DNA of 64,000 nucleotides from an uncultured bacterium (GTDB lineage Bacteria; Babelota; Babeliae; Babelales; Babelaceae): NCBI GenBank assembly GCA_963819815.1, contig CAWFXL010000001.1, positions 864,001 to 928,000 of the forward strand, read 5' to 3'. Shown piece by piece: positions 50,341 to 59,983 of this stretch (position 1 is its first letter; each line of letters starts with the position of its first letter). The notes under the pieces were generated by a model. It saw only the letters and a program-made list of their open reading frames with translations, ran no database searches and was not told where the DNA came from. The position numbers and the translations under genes were made by a program.

Positions 50341-51948
50341 ATGAAATTCGTATCTAAAATACTTGGGTTAGTCATAACCCTTACTTTGCTAGCACCTGCA
50401 TTAGCAAAATCTGACAAGCATCATGACAAACATACTAAAGATGAAGTCGTAAAATATGTCCAAGGTGGCGCTCCAGCAGGGGGTAATGGTTCTAGAAAAC
50501 ATCCCTACAATTTGCTGCAAACAGCGCAAGCTGATGCCTCCTGGGACGTTCTTGTTGTGCTTTCCTCACCAGTTGCACTGACAGATGGTATCACCCTATC
50601 AAACCGCAATCTTATTGGCGAAGAAAATCCTACCTGTATAACCCTATCAGCGACGCAACCTACACTTTCAACTCTTGGAGTTACCGCCATTGGTAATGTG
50701 ACTATTGAAAACATCTATTTCCTAAATTCTACCACGAATGCTATCAATTATGATCAAGCAGAAAATCTTACGGTCAAGGATGTTCTCATCTCAGGCTTTA
50801 ACGCAGGTGGAGATCAGTCTTCAGCAATAACTGGCACCTGTCCTAACTCAGGTACTACACTTCTTGAACACGTGATTATTCGCAATAATTTCAACCCATC
50901 TCATAAAAATAGTATCGCTGGCGTCTTCAATATCCCAACAAATGGTGCGCAACGCAAACTAGTAGCATGCAACTGCGAGTTTAATGGACTCACTAACCTT
51001 GGAATAGCTACTCAGCCTACAGGAGCTAACACCACATCTTCAGTTGTGGTTAAAGATTGTTATTTTCATGATTTTATTACCCTGCAAGGCGTTGGCATCC
51101 AATGTAGAACCATGACCGGTGCTACTGAAACTATTTCGGTAAAAGATTCAACTTTTTTAAATATTGTGGGTACGAACACTAATGGGGGCTTTCACATTTT
51201 CCTCAATCCAACAGCGTCACCAAGCCTGAAAGTTCATGTTGAGAAATGCACATTTGAAGAAACCACGCCAAACTTCACACTACATAATGTTGTCGTAAAT
51301 ATAGACAATCATTCCTCATCAATTGAAACCGTAACAGAAAACTCTGTCGCTACTAACTTAACGTATTTCTACGATTCAAATATAGCAGCTACGGGTAGCA
51401 CCAACCACAACAGGCTCTGTGGCAACACGGTTACCGGACAAATTTTCTACAGAGTTCAAAGCGCAAGATCGATTACTTCAGCAATAGAAATAGCCGACAT
51501 CACCGAGAATATCTTTAATGGCTCACAAGCCATCGTAATTCAACCATCATCTGCCTATGTTCTACTTGATATAAATGCAGAACATAATTGTTTCACGAGC
51601 AATGTTACGGGCAGTACAAGTATTGGTATTAATACGACCGCAACGGGCAATATTGGTAATGCGATCGTTAATGCCCACTGCAACTCAATTTCTAATTTCA
51701 CCACCGATATTAACGACGCTGGAAGCAATGTCAACTACCTTGCGAGCAGAAACTTTTGGGGACAGCCTACTACTACTGCTTGCTCAAGTTCAACGCCATG
51801 TCCAGGCAAGTACCAGATCTGTGAAAACAATGTATGCGTAGGGCCTCATAATGTCGTAATTGGCGCCACTTACACCGGATTCCTCGATGTAAGCCATCCA
51901 CTTGCACAATCAATACAATGCCCCAAAGGTTGCTGCAATTCAAAATAA
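50341..51948 (+). CDS. Secreted Cys-rich beta-helix protein, paralog E
   Basis: Colinear with paralog D; true start ATG 50341 after AAGGGGAG. Confidence 0.8.
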   Translation: MKFVSKILGLVITLTLLAPALAKSDKHHDKHTKDEVVKYVQGGAPAGGNGSRKHPYNLLQTAQADASWDVLVVLSSPVALTDGITLSNRNLIGEENPTCITLSATQPTLSTLGVTAIGNVTIENIYFLNSTTNAINYDQAENLTVKDVLISGFNAGGDQSSAITGTCPNSGTTLLEHVIIRNNFNPSHKNSIAGVFNIPTNGAQRKLVACNCEFNGLTNLGIATQPTGANTTSSVVVKDCYFHDFITLQGVGIQCRTMTGATETISVKDSTFLNIVGTNTNGGFHIFLNPTASPSLKVHVEKCTFEETTPNFTLHNVVVNIDNHSSSIETVTENSVATNLTYFYDSNIAATGSTNHNRLCGNTVTGQIFYRVQSARSITSAIEIADITENIFNGSQAIVIQPSSAYVLLDINAEHNCFTSNVTGSTSIGINTTATGNIGNAIVNAHCNSISNFTTDINDAGSNVNYLASRNFWGQPTTTACSSSTPCPGKYQICENNVCVGPHNVVIGATYTGFLDVSHPLAQSIQCPKGCCNSK

Positions 51949-52018
51949 TGGAGCTCAATGGCTTTAAAAAAAGAACGTTAAAGCCAAAGATTGAAGCACA
52001 TCAAGCTCCTTAATGTAA

Positions 52019-52048
52019 ACAAGGTCCTATTGTAGAGTAGGACCTTGT
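52019..52048. repeat. Inverted repeat downstream of paralog E (probable terminator between convergent genes)
   Basis: ACAAGGTCCTA-8 nt-TAGGACCTTGT. Confidence 0.8.
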
Positions 52049-52150
52049 CTCATAAGAAAACCTAAAAAAGTTCACGTGCCAGATTTTTTTTACCATACGC
52101 TACGTGGTAATTCAATCATAGTCCATCCATCCAACTTAACCGCATACATT

Positions 52151-52885
52151 TTATGAAGCTGAGCGAAAGTAGGAACGCAAAACCCCTATCCCCAAGGCAA
52201 TTGCTTGCTTTGAGCGCAATACCGTTGGAGTTAACGCACAAAAGACAAACCCCAAATTTTTAAGATGTTGTTTCTCCTCCTGAGTGAGATCTCCCTCAGG
52301 ACCGACACATCCTATAAATGAACCTGGATTGCCAAGCTGTGTAAGAACTTCCTTGAGATCCATACCCTCAGCATCGAAGAAGATTCGCACAGAATTACCA
52401 GTCGATGTCAGCTCCTTGATATCTTTTACCGGATAGATGGTGGGCACAACGAACTGCTTAGATTGCTCAGCAGCTGCTCTCATGACTGCCCGAGCACGGA
52501 TATATTCTTTTTCTGAGCCCCATGACCGCGCTGTCTTTGAAGTATAAAGAGGCTGAATACCCGTAGCACCCATTTCGGTGAGGCTATAGAGTGCTTCTTC
52601 AAACGCTTCGCGCTTAAGAAGTGGCAACAGCCATTCAATGGGAGGATGTACTGGTTTATGAGGAGCTTTAGATCCAAGCTCAAGTATGACGCGCTTCGAT
52701 GAAATCTCTTTAATGGTACAAAGGATATGATACTGGTCATCAAAAAGAATACAGCGATCCCCAGCTTTAAGTCGAAGGATAGTCTGCATTCGATGAAGTA
52801 ACGAATGGTCGGTAACAACTTTACCCGAACTCTCAATGGCCTCTAGAGAAGGTACAGATAGGGCAAAGCAATGATGCTCACTCAT
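52151..52885 (-). CDS. rsmE: 16S rRNA m3U1498 methyltransferase
   Basis: H.M..ILRLK.GD, TEMG...IQP, AAEQS, VGPEGDL, L...VLR; start uncertain (52885 or 52903). Confidence 0.9.
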   Translation of the reverse strand: MSEHHCFALSVPSLEAIESSGKVVTDHSLLHRMQTILRLKAGDRCILFDDQYHILCTIKEISSKRVILELGSKAPHKPVHPPIEWLLPLLKREAFEEALYSLTEMGATGIQPLYTSKTARSWGSEKEYIRARAVMRAAAEQSKQFVVPTIYPVKDIKELTSTGNSVRIFFDAEGMDLKEVLTQLGNPGSFIGCVGPEGDLTQEEKQHLKNLGFVFCALTPTVLRSKQAIALGIGVLRSYFRSAS

Positions 52886-52889
52886 AGGC

Positions 52890-53267
52890 TCAGGTTTGCT
52901 CATGATCAGAGGTAGTATCGGACGGCTTTTTTTGACAATCGCCAAAAACCTTTTGAGAGACCCAGTTTTTCGCATCATTCAGTGCATAGAAAAGAGCGAT
53001 ACCCCATTTGGTGGCCCATACCTTTAAACCTGATGGCGGCTTCACTTCTGGGGTTGGTATGTCGCAGTCTTTACATAACTCTAATACTTCCCCGACATAT
53101 TCAGTCTCACAAATACCCTCTACGTTAATGTAGCATTTAAGTGTCTGATCATATTCACCCGGAGCTTTTTCAGAAACATATCCTTCAGGAGCATCTGCTC
53201 GCAGAGAACATAAGGTAAGGAAGCTTATAAGAAGAACGTGTCTTACATTACAAAATAGTTGGTTCAT
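52890..53267 (-). CDS. Small secreted hypothetical protein
   Basis: Signal-like N-terminus, Cys cluster, amphipathic C-terminal helix. Confidence 0.55.
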   Translation of the reverse strand: MNQLFCNVRHVLLISFLTLCSLRADAPEGYVSEKAPGEYDQTLKCYINVEGICETEYVGEVLELCKDCDIPTPEVKPPSGLKVWATKWGIALFYALNDAKNWVSQKVFGDCQKKPSDTTSDHEQT

Positions 53268-53540
53268 ATTTTTTCCACTTAGGTGCGGCAGATTACTTAA
53301 TGCGTTCAGTATAACCAAGTATACCCCGTAATTCATAAAGTACAAAAAGGCCCTCCATCCTCATGGAGGCATCTCAAAGCAGACTATGACATGAGCGTCC
53401 TAGTTCAGCAAAAAGATGCTCACCCATCGTATGTATAAAAACCTCAAACTCCTTGCAATCAGTCCGAAAATACACCCATCAAACTCTGGTGAGTTGCTTC
53501 AGGCTTGTGCTAGACTCTCTAAAACTATCATAGGAAGATT

Positions 53541-55073
53541 ATGCTAAAGGCACCACACGTACTTATCATACTCGACGGATTTGGGTACCGGGCCGCAACC
53601 GATGATAACGCCATTGCACAAGCTCACCCAGTCAACATTAATGAATGGATGCAAACGTACCCCTATACTACCCTTTCCGCGTCAGGCATTTTTGTGGGGC
53701 TCCTTCCCCATATGATCGGCAATTCAGAGGTGGGGCATCTCGCCATCGGAAGTGGCAGACGTGTCATGCAGCCGGTCGCTGAGATTACTCACCAAATCGA
53801 TACCGGCACCTTCTTCACCGATAAAGTTCTTGATAAATGTTTTAATGAACTGGTCGGAACGCCAAAGAGACTGCATATCATGGGACTCCTCTCAGATGCA
53901 GGGGTGCACAGTCATATTTACCATCTTAAAGCGCTTATTAAGCTCGCTCATGAAAAGAACATCGAACAGCTTATTATCCATCCTTTTCTTGATGGGCGGG
54001 ACGTCCCTCCAAAAACCGCTGCTACGTATCTTACGCAACTTGAAGAAGCGCTTTCCTCAGACGGAATTATAGGAACCCTGCACGGAAGATTCTATGCAAT
54101 GGATAGGGACAATAACTGGGACCGCACAAAAGAAAGCTACCGAGTCCTTACTCAGTCACAGAAACCACAGGCTACCCATTGGCGCGAAGCTCTTGAGAAG
54201 TCTTATGAAGCAGGTATAACTGACGAGTTTTTCAAACCGATCGCACTTCATGAGTCAGCAGAAATCAGGCGCCAAGATGCGGTCGTCTTTTTTAATTTTC
54301 GAGCAGATAGAGCTCGACAGCTTACGCGAGCACTCATAAAGTATGACTTCTCAGCATTCCATAGCTGGCCCCTTGATCTTTCTTGGATGCTTACCTTTAC
54401 CTCCTATCAGGAAGACTTTCCGGTTGACGTGCTTCTTCGAAAAAAAATGGTACAGAATACCTTGTTTGATGTTCTTGAAAAGAACCAATTTCCTCTTTTT
54501 AGCATCGCTGAAACGGAAAAGTATGCGCATATTACCTACTTTTTTAATGGAGGACGTGAAGTTATTCGGCAGCATGAAACAAGGATCCTCATACCATCAA
54601 AGCGGCACCATGAGACCTATGCCTCAGTACCTTGCATGTCAGCTCCTGAAATCACCGATACCGTACTCGCAGCTCTTAAGCAAAACAATCACAAATTCTA
54701 CCTGATAAACTTTGCAAATGCTGATATGGTAGGCCATAGCGGTGATTTTGACGCAACGGTCAAAGCCATCCAATGCCTCGACATCGAGTTGGAACGCCTC
54801 TATAACAAGATAGTTAAAGAACTTAAAGGAACGTTATATATCACTGCAGATCACGGAAAAGCTGAAGAAATGTGGGATTCAGAAGTCGGGCAACCAAGGA
54901 CTGCTCATACGACCAATCCAGTACCCTTTATCTATATTACTCCTGAGAATAAGGGATTAGATACCCCCTTGCCCCTTACTGAGCTTGCAGATATTGCACC
55001 CTTTCTCCTTAGAAACCTCGGTCTTGCGGTCCCTTCAGAGATGGAACACGCAAAGAGTGTTATCAAGGAATGA
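53541..55073 (+). CDS. gpmI: 2,3-bisphosphoglycerate-independent phosphoglycerate mutase
   Basis: ILDGFG, GNSEVGH, GVHSH, DGRDVPP, GRFYAMDRD, AETEKYAH, DMVGH, TADHG. Confidence 0.98.
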   Translation: MLKAPHVLIILDGFGYRAATDDNAIAQAHPVNINEWMQTYPYTTLSASGIFVGLLPHMIGNSEVGHLAIGSGRRVMQPVAEITHQIDTGTFFTDKVLDKCFNELVGTPKRLHIMGLLSDAGVHSHIYHLKALIKLAHEKNIEQLIIHPFLDGRDVPPKTAATYLTQLEEALSSDGIIGTLHGRFYAMDRDNNWDRTKESYRVLTQSQKPQATHWREALEKSYEAGITDEFFKPIALHESAEIRRQDAVVFFNFRADRARQLTRALIKYDFSAFHSWPLDLSWMLTFTSYQEDFPVDVLLRKKMVQNTLFDVLEKNQFPLFSIAETEKYAHITYFFNGGREVIRQHETRILIPSKRHHETYASVPCMSAPEITDTVLAALKQNNHKFYLINFANADMVGHSGDFDATVKAIQCLDIELERLYNKIVKELKGTLYITADHGKAEEMWDSEVGQPRTAHTTNPVPFIYITPENKGLDTPLPLTELADIAPFLLRNLGLAVPSEMEHAKSVIKE

Positions 55074-55605
55074 TTTCATAGATAAGAAATGCCCCATCAG
55101 TCCAGATCTCCTTAAATCCAAGGCTCTCATAGAGCTTGCGAGCTTTTGTATTATCAACACGTGTAAACATGCGGATAACAAGCATTCCCTGCGATTTTAA
55201 AGACTGGATATCAAACTTCATGAGTTGCCGAGCGTACCCTTTACCCCGATAGTGATCATCTACGCAAAGAAATAGAATCCGGCCTACTTTGAGGGGATCT
55301 TGGAAAAAGGCGGTGAACCCAGCGGGCTTACCCTCAACCACATAGGTATAGATCTGCAATTTACCAGCGTTACTCATATCCTTTGGATTGGGAACTTTGG
55401 AATCAAGCATTGTCTCAACATCAAAATGAGGGTCAGCAAATAACATGTAGTTATTCTTCTTGCAAAGATCGATTATGAATGCCCTATCTCGGGCTGCATT
55501 ATAGGGCAAAATAGGGGAACTTGTTTTCGTATAATACCAATAGGCCCCTCCAGCCACAAGGACCATGGCTGCAATTATAAAAAGAGCGCGTATACGGGTC
55601 ACCAT
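55063..55605 (-). CDS. Membrane-anchored GNAT acetyltransferase
   Basis: N-terminal TM; V...YRGKGYARQLM, N..A..LYESLGF. Confidence 0.9.
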   Translation of the reverse strand: MVTRIRALFIIAAMVLVAGGAYWYYTKTSSPILPYNAARDRAFIIDLCKKNNYMLFADPHFDVETMLDSKVPNPKDMSNAGKLQIYTYVVEGKPAGFTAFFQDPLKVGRILFLCVDDHYRGKGYARQLMKFDIQSLKSQGMLVIRMFTRVDNTKARKLYESLGFKEIWTDGAFLIYEIIP

Positions 55606-55711
55606 ACTATACCTCCACGTAAAAATTCTATCTTAGATGAGATTACCCCTTTAATCAAATATTGTCAAATGGAATTATTTAGGAAAGGGGATTGGTTGCT
55701 TATGTGCAACT

Positions 55712-57169
55712 CTAGGCGGCTGCAGTCTTGGGAGTACCGTTGGCATCATCTTTTTGTGGTGCCCTGCTTTTCAGCCAAAGTGCAAGGCCACAGACAGAAA
55801 TACCCACAACAAACGGCATAAAATACCGATCATTATTCTTCTTAACGTCCGTCACCAAAGGGGCTACAGGAGGAGTTGGTTTATTCATAGACTTTGCCTC
55901 ACATTTTGCAGTAAATGCCGTGAAATTTTTCGGCCATACAAGATCCTGATACTCCGTCTGTTTTCTCACAAAGAAATCACGCAGATCTTTAGGCAGAGCG
56001 CTCACATCTACAAGTACGCTGACTGCATCTATCTTTTTACACAGCTGGTCCTTTTGGCCATCTCCTGCAATAAGATAGGCTTTTACCAGCTCTTCAAGCA
56101 GCAATCCTTTTGAAACAAGCGGACTTGTGATTACCGCATTAAAAGTTTTTATATCAGGCGCTTCAAGAGCACGCCCAAGATGCACTCCCCGCTCAATTAC
56201 ATCATCAATATAGCTCACCAATAGTGCAACATCATCTTGTGGTGCTAAAGGAGCATTTGAAGAATTTAAGAGATACATGGTAACGCGTCCGGGCTGCACT
56301 TTTAGGACCGATAGAAGCACCCAATGGGCTCCACCAACATTATAAACGATATGAACTTTATCGAGCAATGCAATTTTTTTCTCAAGCTCACCATTGCGCT
56401 CTTTATGCGTTCCCTTCTTAAGCTGCTTGTGCAAATCCTCCACCGCACGCTTATCAAGGTATTCAATGTTCCCCTCATCCTCAAAATTTAGTCGAGTCGA
56501 TGCCCTAGCAAGTCTTTCTTGGCCTGCATTAAGTATATTTCCTGTAAGTTCTTCCATCACTGGTCTCACTATCTCAATGTTTGCTTCAGCCAATCTTCGA
56601 GTTTCAGCAAAGGTTATCTGCCGTCCAGTAGCCATCTGAGTTTCAAGCGCCTTGGCATTGGCAAGTGCCGCAAATCCACAAATATTCTCTATCTGATTAA
56701 ATGAAAGAAGATGAACAAAAGGATTCTTAAGGGGTAATGAACTCATCAAAGAGCCGTTATTAAGGCGGCAATACATAGGTCCCAGTAGAGGATCCGCATT
56801 CATTAAATTAAGATCATGAGGATTCTTAATAGCTCGATAATACCAGAAGTCATCTCCCCTATAGTAAAAAGAGGATGCTCTACTTTGTAGTAGCTGCACA
56901 TACTCCGCCTCGGTCTGACTTTTTCTCTCAACAAAGGTTACAGGATCTCTTCCGCATAACTGGTTTCCAGTTATGCTGGTGTTTAATCGATCAACTATTT
57001 TTTTAACTTCAACAAATTCCCGATATGCAGGACTGTTTCGATCAACGAAGTTTTCGATCGCAAGAGGTACCGAAGATGCTTGACTCGGCTGCGCCCAAGC
57101 ACCTAGCAATAGTATGCAGGCGATTCCTCGAGCAAGTGAAAGATATGATATGTTCAATAAGTTCTTCAT
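55712..57169 (-). CDS. Secreted, C-terminally anchored putative papain-fold cysteine protease (Josephin-like)
   Basis: Signal peptide; QIENICG (C164), GAHWV (H282), YLLNSS (N302); C-terminal TM FMPFVVGISVCGLALWL. Confidence 0.55.
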   Translation of the reverse strand: MKNLLNISYLSLARGIACILLLGAWAQPSQASSVPLAIENFVDRNSPAYREFVEVKKIVDRLNTSITGNQLCGRDPVTFVERKSQTEAEYVQLLQSRASSFYYRGDDFWYYRAIKNPHDLNLMNADPLLGPMYCRLNNGSLMSSLPLKNPFVHLLSFNQIENICGFAALANAKALETQMATGRQITFAETRRLAEANIEIVRPVMEELTGNILNAGQERLARASTRLNFEDEGNIEYLDKRAVEDLHKQLKKGTHKERNGELEKKIALLDKVHIVYNVGGAHWVLLSVLKVQPGRVTMYLLNSSNAPLAPQDDVALLVSYIDDVIERGVHLGRALEAPDIKTFNAVITSPLVSKGLLLEELVKAYLIAGDGQKDQLCKKIDAVSVLVDVSALPKDLRDFFVRKQTEYQDLVWPKNFTAFTAKCEAKSMNKPTPPVAPLVTDVKKNNDRYFMPFVVGISVCGLALWLKSRAPQKDDANGTPKTAAA

Positions 57170-57235
57170 ACCTCTATTCTACCAGATCAAGTAAGGATAT
57201 ACAAAAGCTTCGAGGCCTCGGCATTCCCAGCCACC

Positions 57236-58936
57236 TTATGCGCTTGGGGCAGCAATATCATGGTACTTGCTATATTTTGGATCCCAATAATAGGTTTTAA
57301 ATGCCCAGGCACCAAGTCCCACTATTCCCGTCAATGCAAGCACTTTCCCAATCTGCAATCCATCTTTGTGCTTCAGAATTTGTGGGTTCTGACCTGAAGG
57401 TAGCGGGCCATTCTGGTTTCCAGTTGATGCTGGTTTGGTGGGAGAATTAACTCCACTACCTTGGGTTCCACCGGTAGCTCCTGAAGTCGGTAATGCAGGA
57501 CTTACTGAGTTATCTATAGGAACTGGATCATCTACAGGTGCTTTCGGTACTGGTGGTCGAGAAGATGAACCAGCATTTTTATCTTTCAACGGCGGAGCTT
57601 TCGGCTGAGCGGCACCCTTACCCGGTTGCTTTTGCTGCGGTTGCTGAGGAGCTCGAGCTTCTGTGTTCGTTACATTGGTCGCTCCAGATGCTTGAGGAGC
57701 TGCCCCTACTGCTTGTTCTTTTAGAGCATTTCTTTCTTTAATTTCTCTTGTAATAGCCTCCATAGGAGTATCTTGAGAAGGAGCCTTTTCAGACAACTTT
57801 CTATTTCCAGCGGGACGCAAATTTGCACCTGCTCCTTCCTTAATTGCTTTTGTAATAGCATCTGTAGGAGATCCTTGAGAAACATTTTCATTATGAGGAA
57901 CCTTTTCAGCTAGCTTTCTATCTTTTGCAGAACGCAAGGCTGCACCTGCCTGAATGGAAGCTAGTAGCTGAGAGCGATCTTCTGGAGATGCTTGTGCGGC
58001 AGGCTTCACTACAGGTCTTGAAGGTTGTGGTGGGGGTGGGGGTGCATTCTGGACAACTGGTGCGGCTGCATTCGTGTTTTGCTGAGGTTGGCTATCATCA
58101 CCATCGTCATCATCCTCATTTGCAGAAATAGGCCGGGCACCTTGACTCGGTGTTGCAGTTGTTCGTGAATTTCCCAATGGGCGACCCGTATTTGATACAG
58201 CTCTACCAGTATCTTGAGGACTCGTTGGCGGGGCAGCATTTCTTTGCTCACCTTGACCAACCAAATTTTTGATACGACCAAATAGTGCGCCAAGCATACT
58301 TGATTCACTCAGTGCATCAGCCCCATTCGACACTCTTGGCTCTTGTGTTCCTGCTTGTCGTTCTCCGGTAGGACGCAAAGTTCTCCCATTTCTAACCTCA
58401 GAGAGCAAGTTCGAAGTAGCAGGTTTTGGAACGGCTATTTGTTCTTGTGGCGTCGAGGTCGTACTAGAAGTTGTATGAACAGAATCTGGCTGAACCACAC
58501 ATTTGTTTAAAAGAACGACCAAGGAACAATAACCCTCAGCTTCACAATCTTTGAACTCAAGCTTATTAGCAGTAGTTCTATCCACTGCTGGATGAGGATT
58601 CGCTGAAAATTTTTCATGTATGAAAGCACAGACCAGGCCGATTTTTTTCAGTGCTTCATGTAGGTTATGGTATCCTTTGTTTCTCTCTAACTCTTCTACT
58701 AATCGCAATAAGTATCGAGGTAGATCCATAACCGCAATCGTTTTTAATTTAGCTGTAAGATCTTCCCGAGAAAGATCCAATTGCATCACTGCATTGCTAC
58801 CAGACATAGCTTTATTTATTGCTGCCAATTCTTTCTTAAGATGCTCATTATTTTCTTGTGAACTGCTAGCACCATACAGTGGACATCCTATTGCCAGGAT
58901 GACTATTCCAAGATTCAGTGTATACACAAATTTCAT
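57236..58936 (-). CDS. Secreted, C-terminally anchored protein with tandem WH2-like motifs and poly-Pro
   Basis: Signal peptide; LLSEVRNGRTLRPT, RSQLLASIQAGAALRSA, AITKAIKEGAGANLRPA; APPPPPQP; C-terminal TM VLALTGIVGLGAWAF. Confidence 0.7.
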   Translation of the reverse strand: MKFVYTLNLGIVILAIGCPLYGASSSQENNEHLKKELAAINKAMSGSNAVMQLDLSREDLTAKLKTIAVMDLPRYLLRLVEELERNKGYHNLHEALKKIGLVCAFIHEKFSANPHPAVDRTTANKLEFKDCEAEGYCSLVVLLNKCVVQPDSVHTTSSTTSTPQEQIAVPKPATSNLLSEVRNGRTLRPTGERQAGTQEPRVSNGADALSESSMLGALFGRIKNLVGQGEQRNAAPPTSPQDTGRAVSNTGRPLGNSRTTATPSQGARPISANEDDDDGDDSQPQQNTNAAAPVVQNAPPPPPQPSRPVVKPAAQASPEDRSQLLASIQAGAALRSAKDRKLAEKVPHNENVSQGSPTDAITKAIKEGAGANLRPAGNRKLSEKAPSQDTPMEAITREIKERNALKEQAVGAAPQASGATNVTNTEARAPQQPQQKQPGKGAAQPKAPPLKDKNAGSSSRPPVPKAPVDDPVPIDNSVSPALPTSGATGGTQGSGVNSPTKPASTGNQNGPLPSGQNPQILKHKDGLQIGKVLALTGIVGLGAWAFKTYYWDPKYSKYHDIAAPSA

Positions 58937-59195
58937 GGTAAATCCTCCGCAAGGAGCTTATATATTCGTTACTATAGGATTTAGTGTAGCAGATGGGTAC
59001 CAAAAATCTACCGCCCCGCTTCTATAGAACTTATCTTAGAGAAGACTAATCATTGATCCCTCACAATGAGGTTTTTTATCACATAACCGCAATACACAAT
59101 CGTCAAACAAATGATCTCATGAGTATATACGACTATATTCTAAAGGTTCGCAAATTCTTAAAAAAAAAGATGAAAATGAGGCAAAGATATCGGTT

Positions 59196-59954
59196 CTACT
59201 TCCCTTTTTCATGGTACCTAATACTATGAAGCAGAAGACCTTTTGCCGGCGCAACAAAAAGGGTATGACAAGGATCTTTACCCTCAAGAGTCTGAGAAAG
59301 ACAAGCTAAAGCTTCTTCCTTTGATCTACGAGAAGATGACACTTCAAAACATGCCCCTACAATGCGTCGTATCATATGGCGAAGAAAAGAAGGACCTTGT
59401 ATACGTATCTGGTAGACGCCATAACGCTTGTAGAAATGAAGCTCAAGAGAGTTGATTGTACGTTCAGTCGTTCTTCCCTGGTCGCCGGTACAAAATGAAC
59501 GGAAGTCATGTTTCCCTTTAAAGACTTGTAAGCATTCTTCTAAGAGCCTAAGGTCAAGATGCTTTACGACTAAGCCATACGAGCTCAAAAAAGGCACTGG
59601 CTGCTGAACAAAAAAGTGATAGTAATAGGTCTTCTCTTGTACGCCAACCCGTGGATGAAATTCTTCTTGAACTTCCTCAACCGACCGGATCATAATCTCG
59701 GGAGGCAATATTCTATTGACGATCACCTTGAAACGCTCTGCTGATATATCAAGAACAAGCTGACAACGTGCTACTTGTCCAAGCGCATGAACACCCACAT
59801 CCGTACGAGAAGCCCCTGTGAAAGGCACTTCCATCTTAAAGAGTTTTGTAAGACGTTTTTTTAAAAGACCTTCAATGGTTGGTAACCCAGGCTGCTCTTG
59901 CCATCCATAATAGCCTCTACCATCATAGGCTAGCGTTACTTTAAAGGTCTTCAT
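59196..59954 (-). CDS. truA: tRNA pseudouridine(38-40) synthase
   Basis: YDG..YYGWQ.Q, ASRTD.GVHA.GQ, G.HDF.SF, FLRHMIR.IVG, APA.GL.L. Confidence 0.97.
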   Translation of the reverse strand: MKTFKVTLAYDGRGYYGWQEQPGLPTIEGLLKKRLTKLFKMEVPFTGASRTDVGVHALGQVARCQLVLDISAERFKVIVNRILPPEIMIRSVEEVQEEFHPRVGVQEKTYYYHFFVQQPVPFLSSYGLVVKHLDLRLLEECLQVFKGKHDFRSFCTGDQGRTTERTINSLELHFYKRYGVYQIRIQGPSFLRHMIRRIVGACFEVSSSRRSKEEALACLSQTLEGKDPCHTLFVAPAKGLLLHSIRYHEKGK

Positions 59955-59983
59955 AAAGTATAGTAGTTGAGGTTGCTTTCGGA

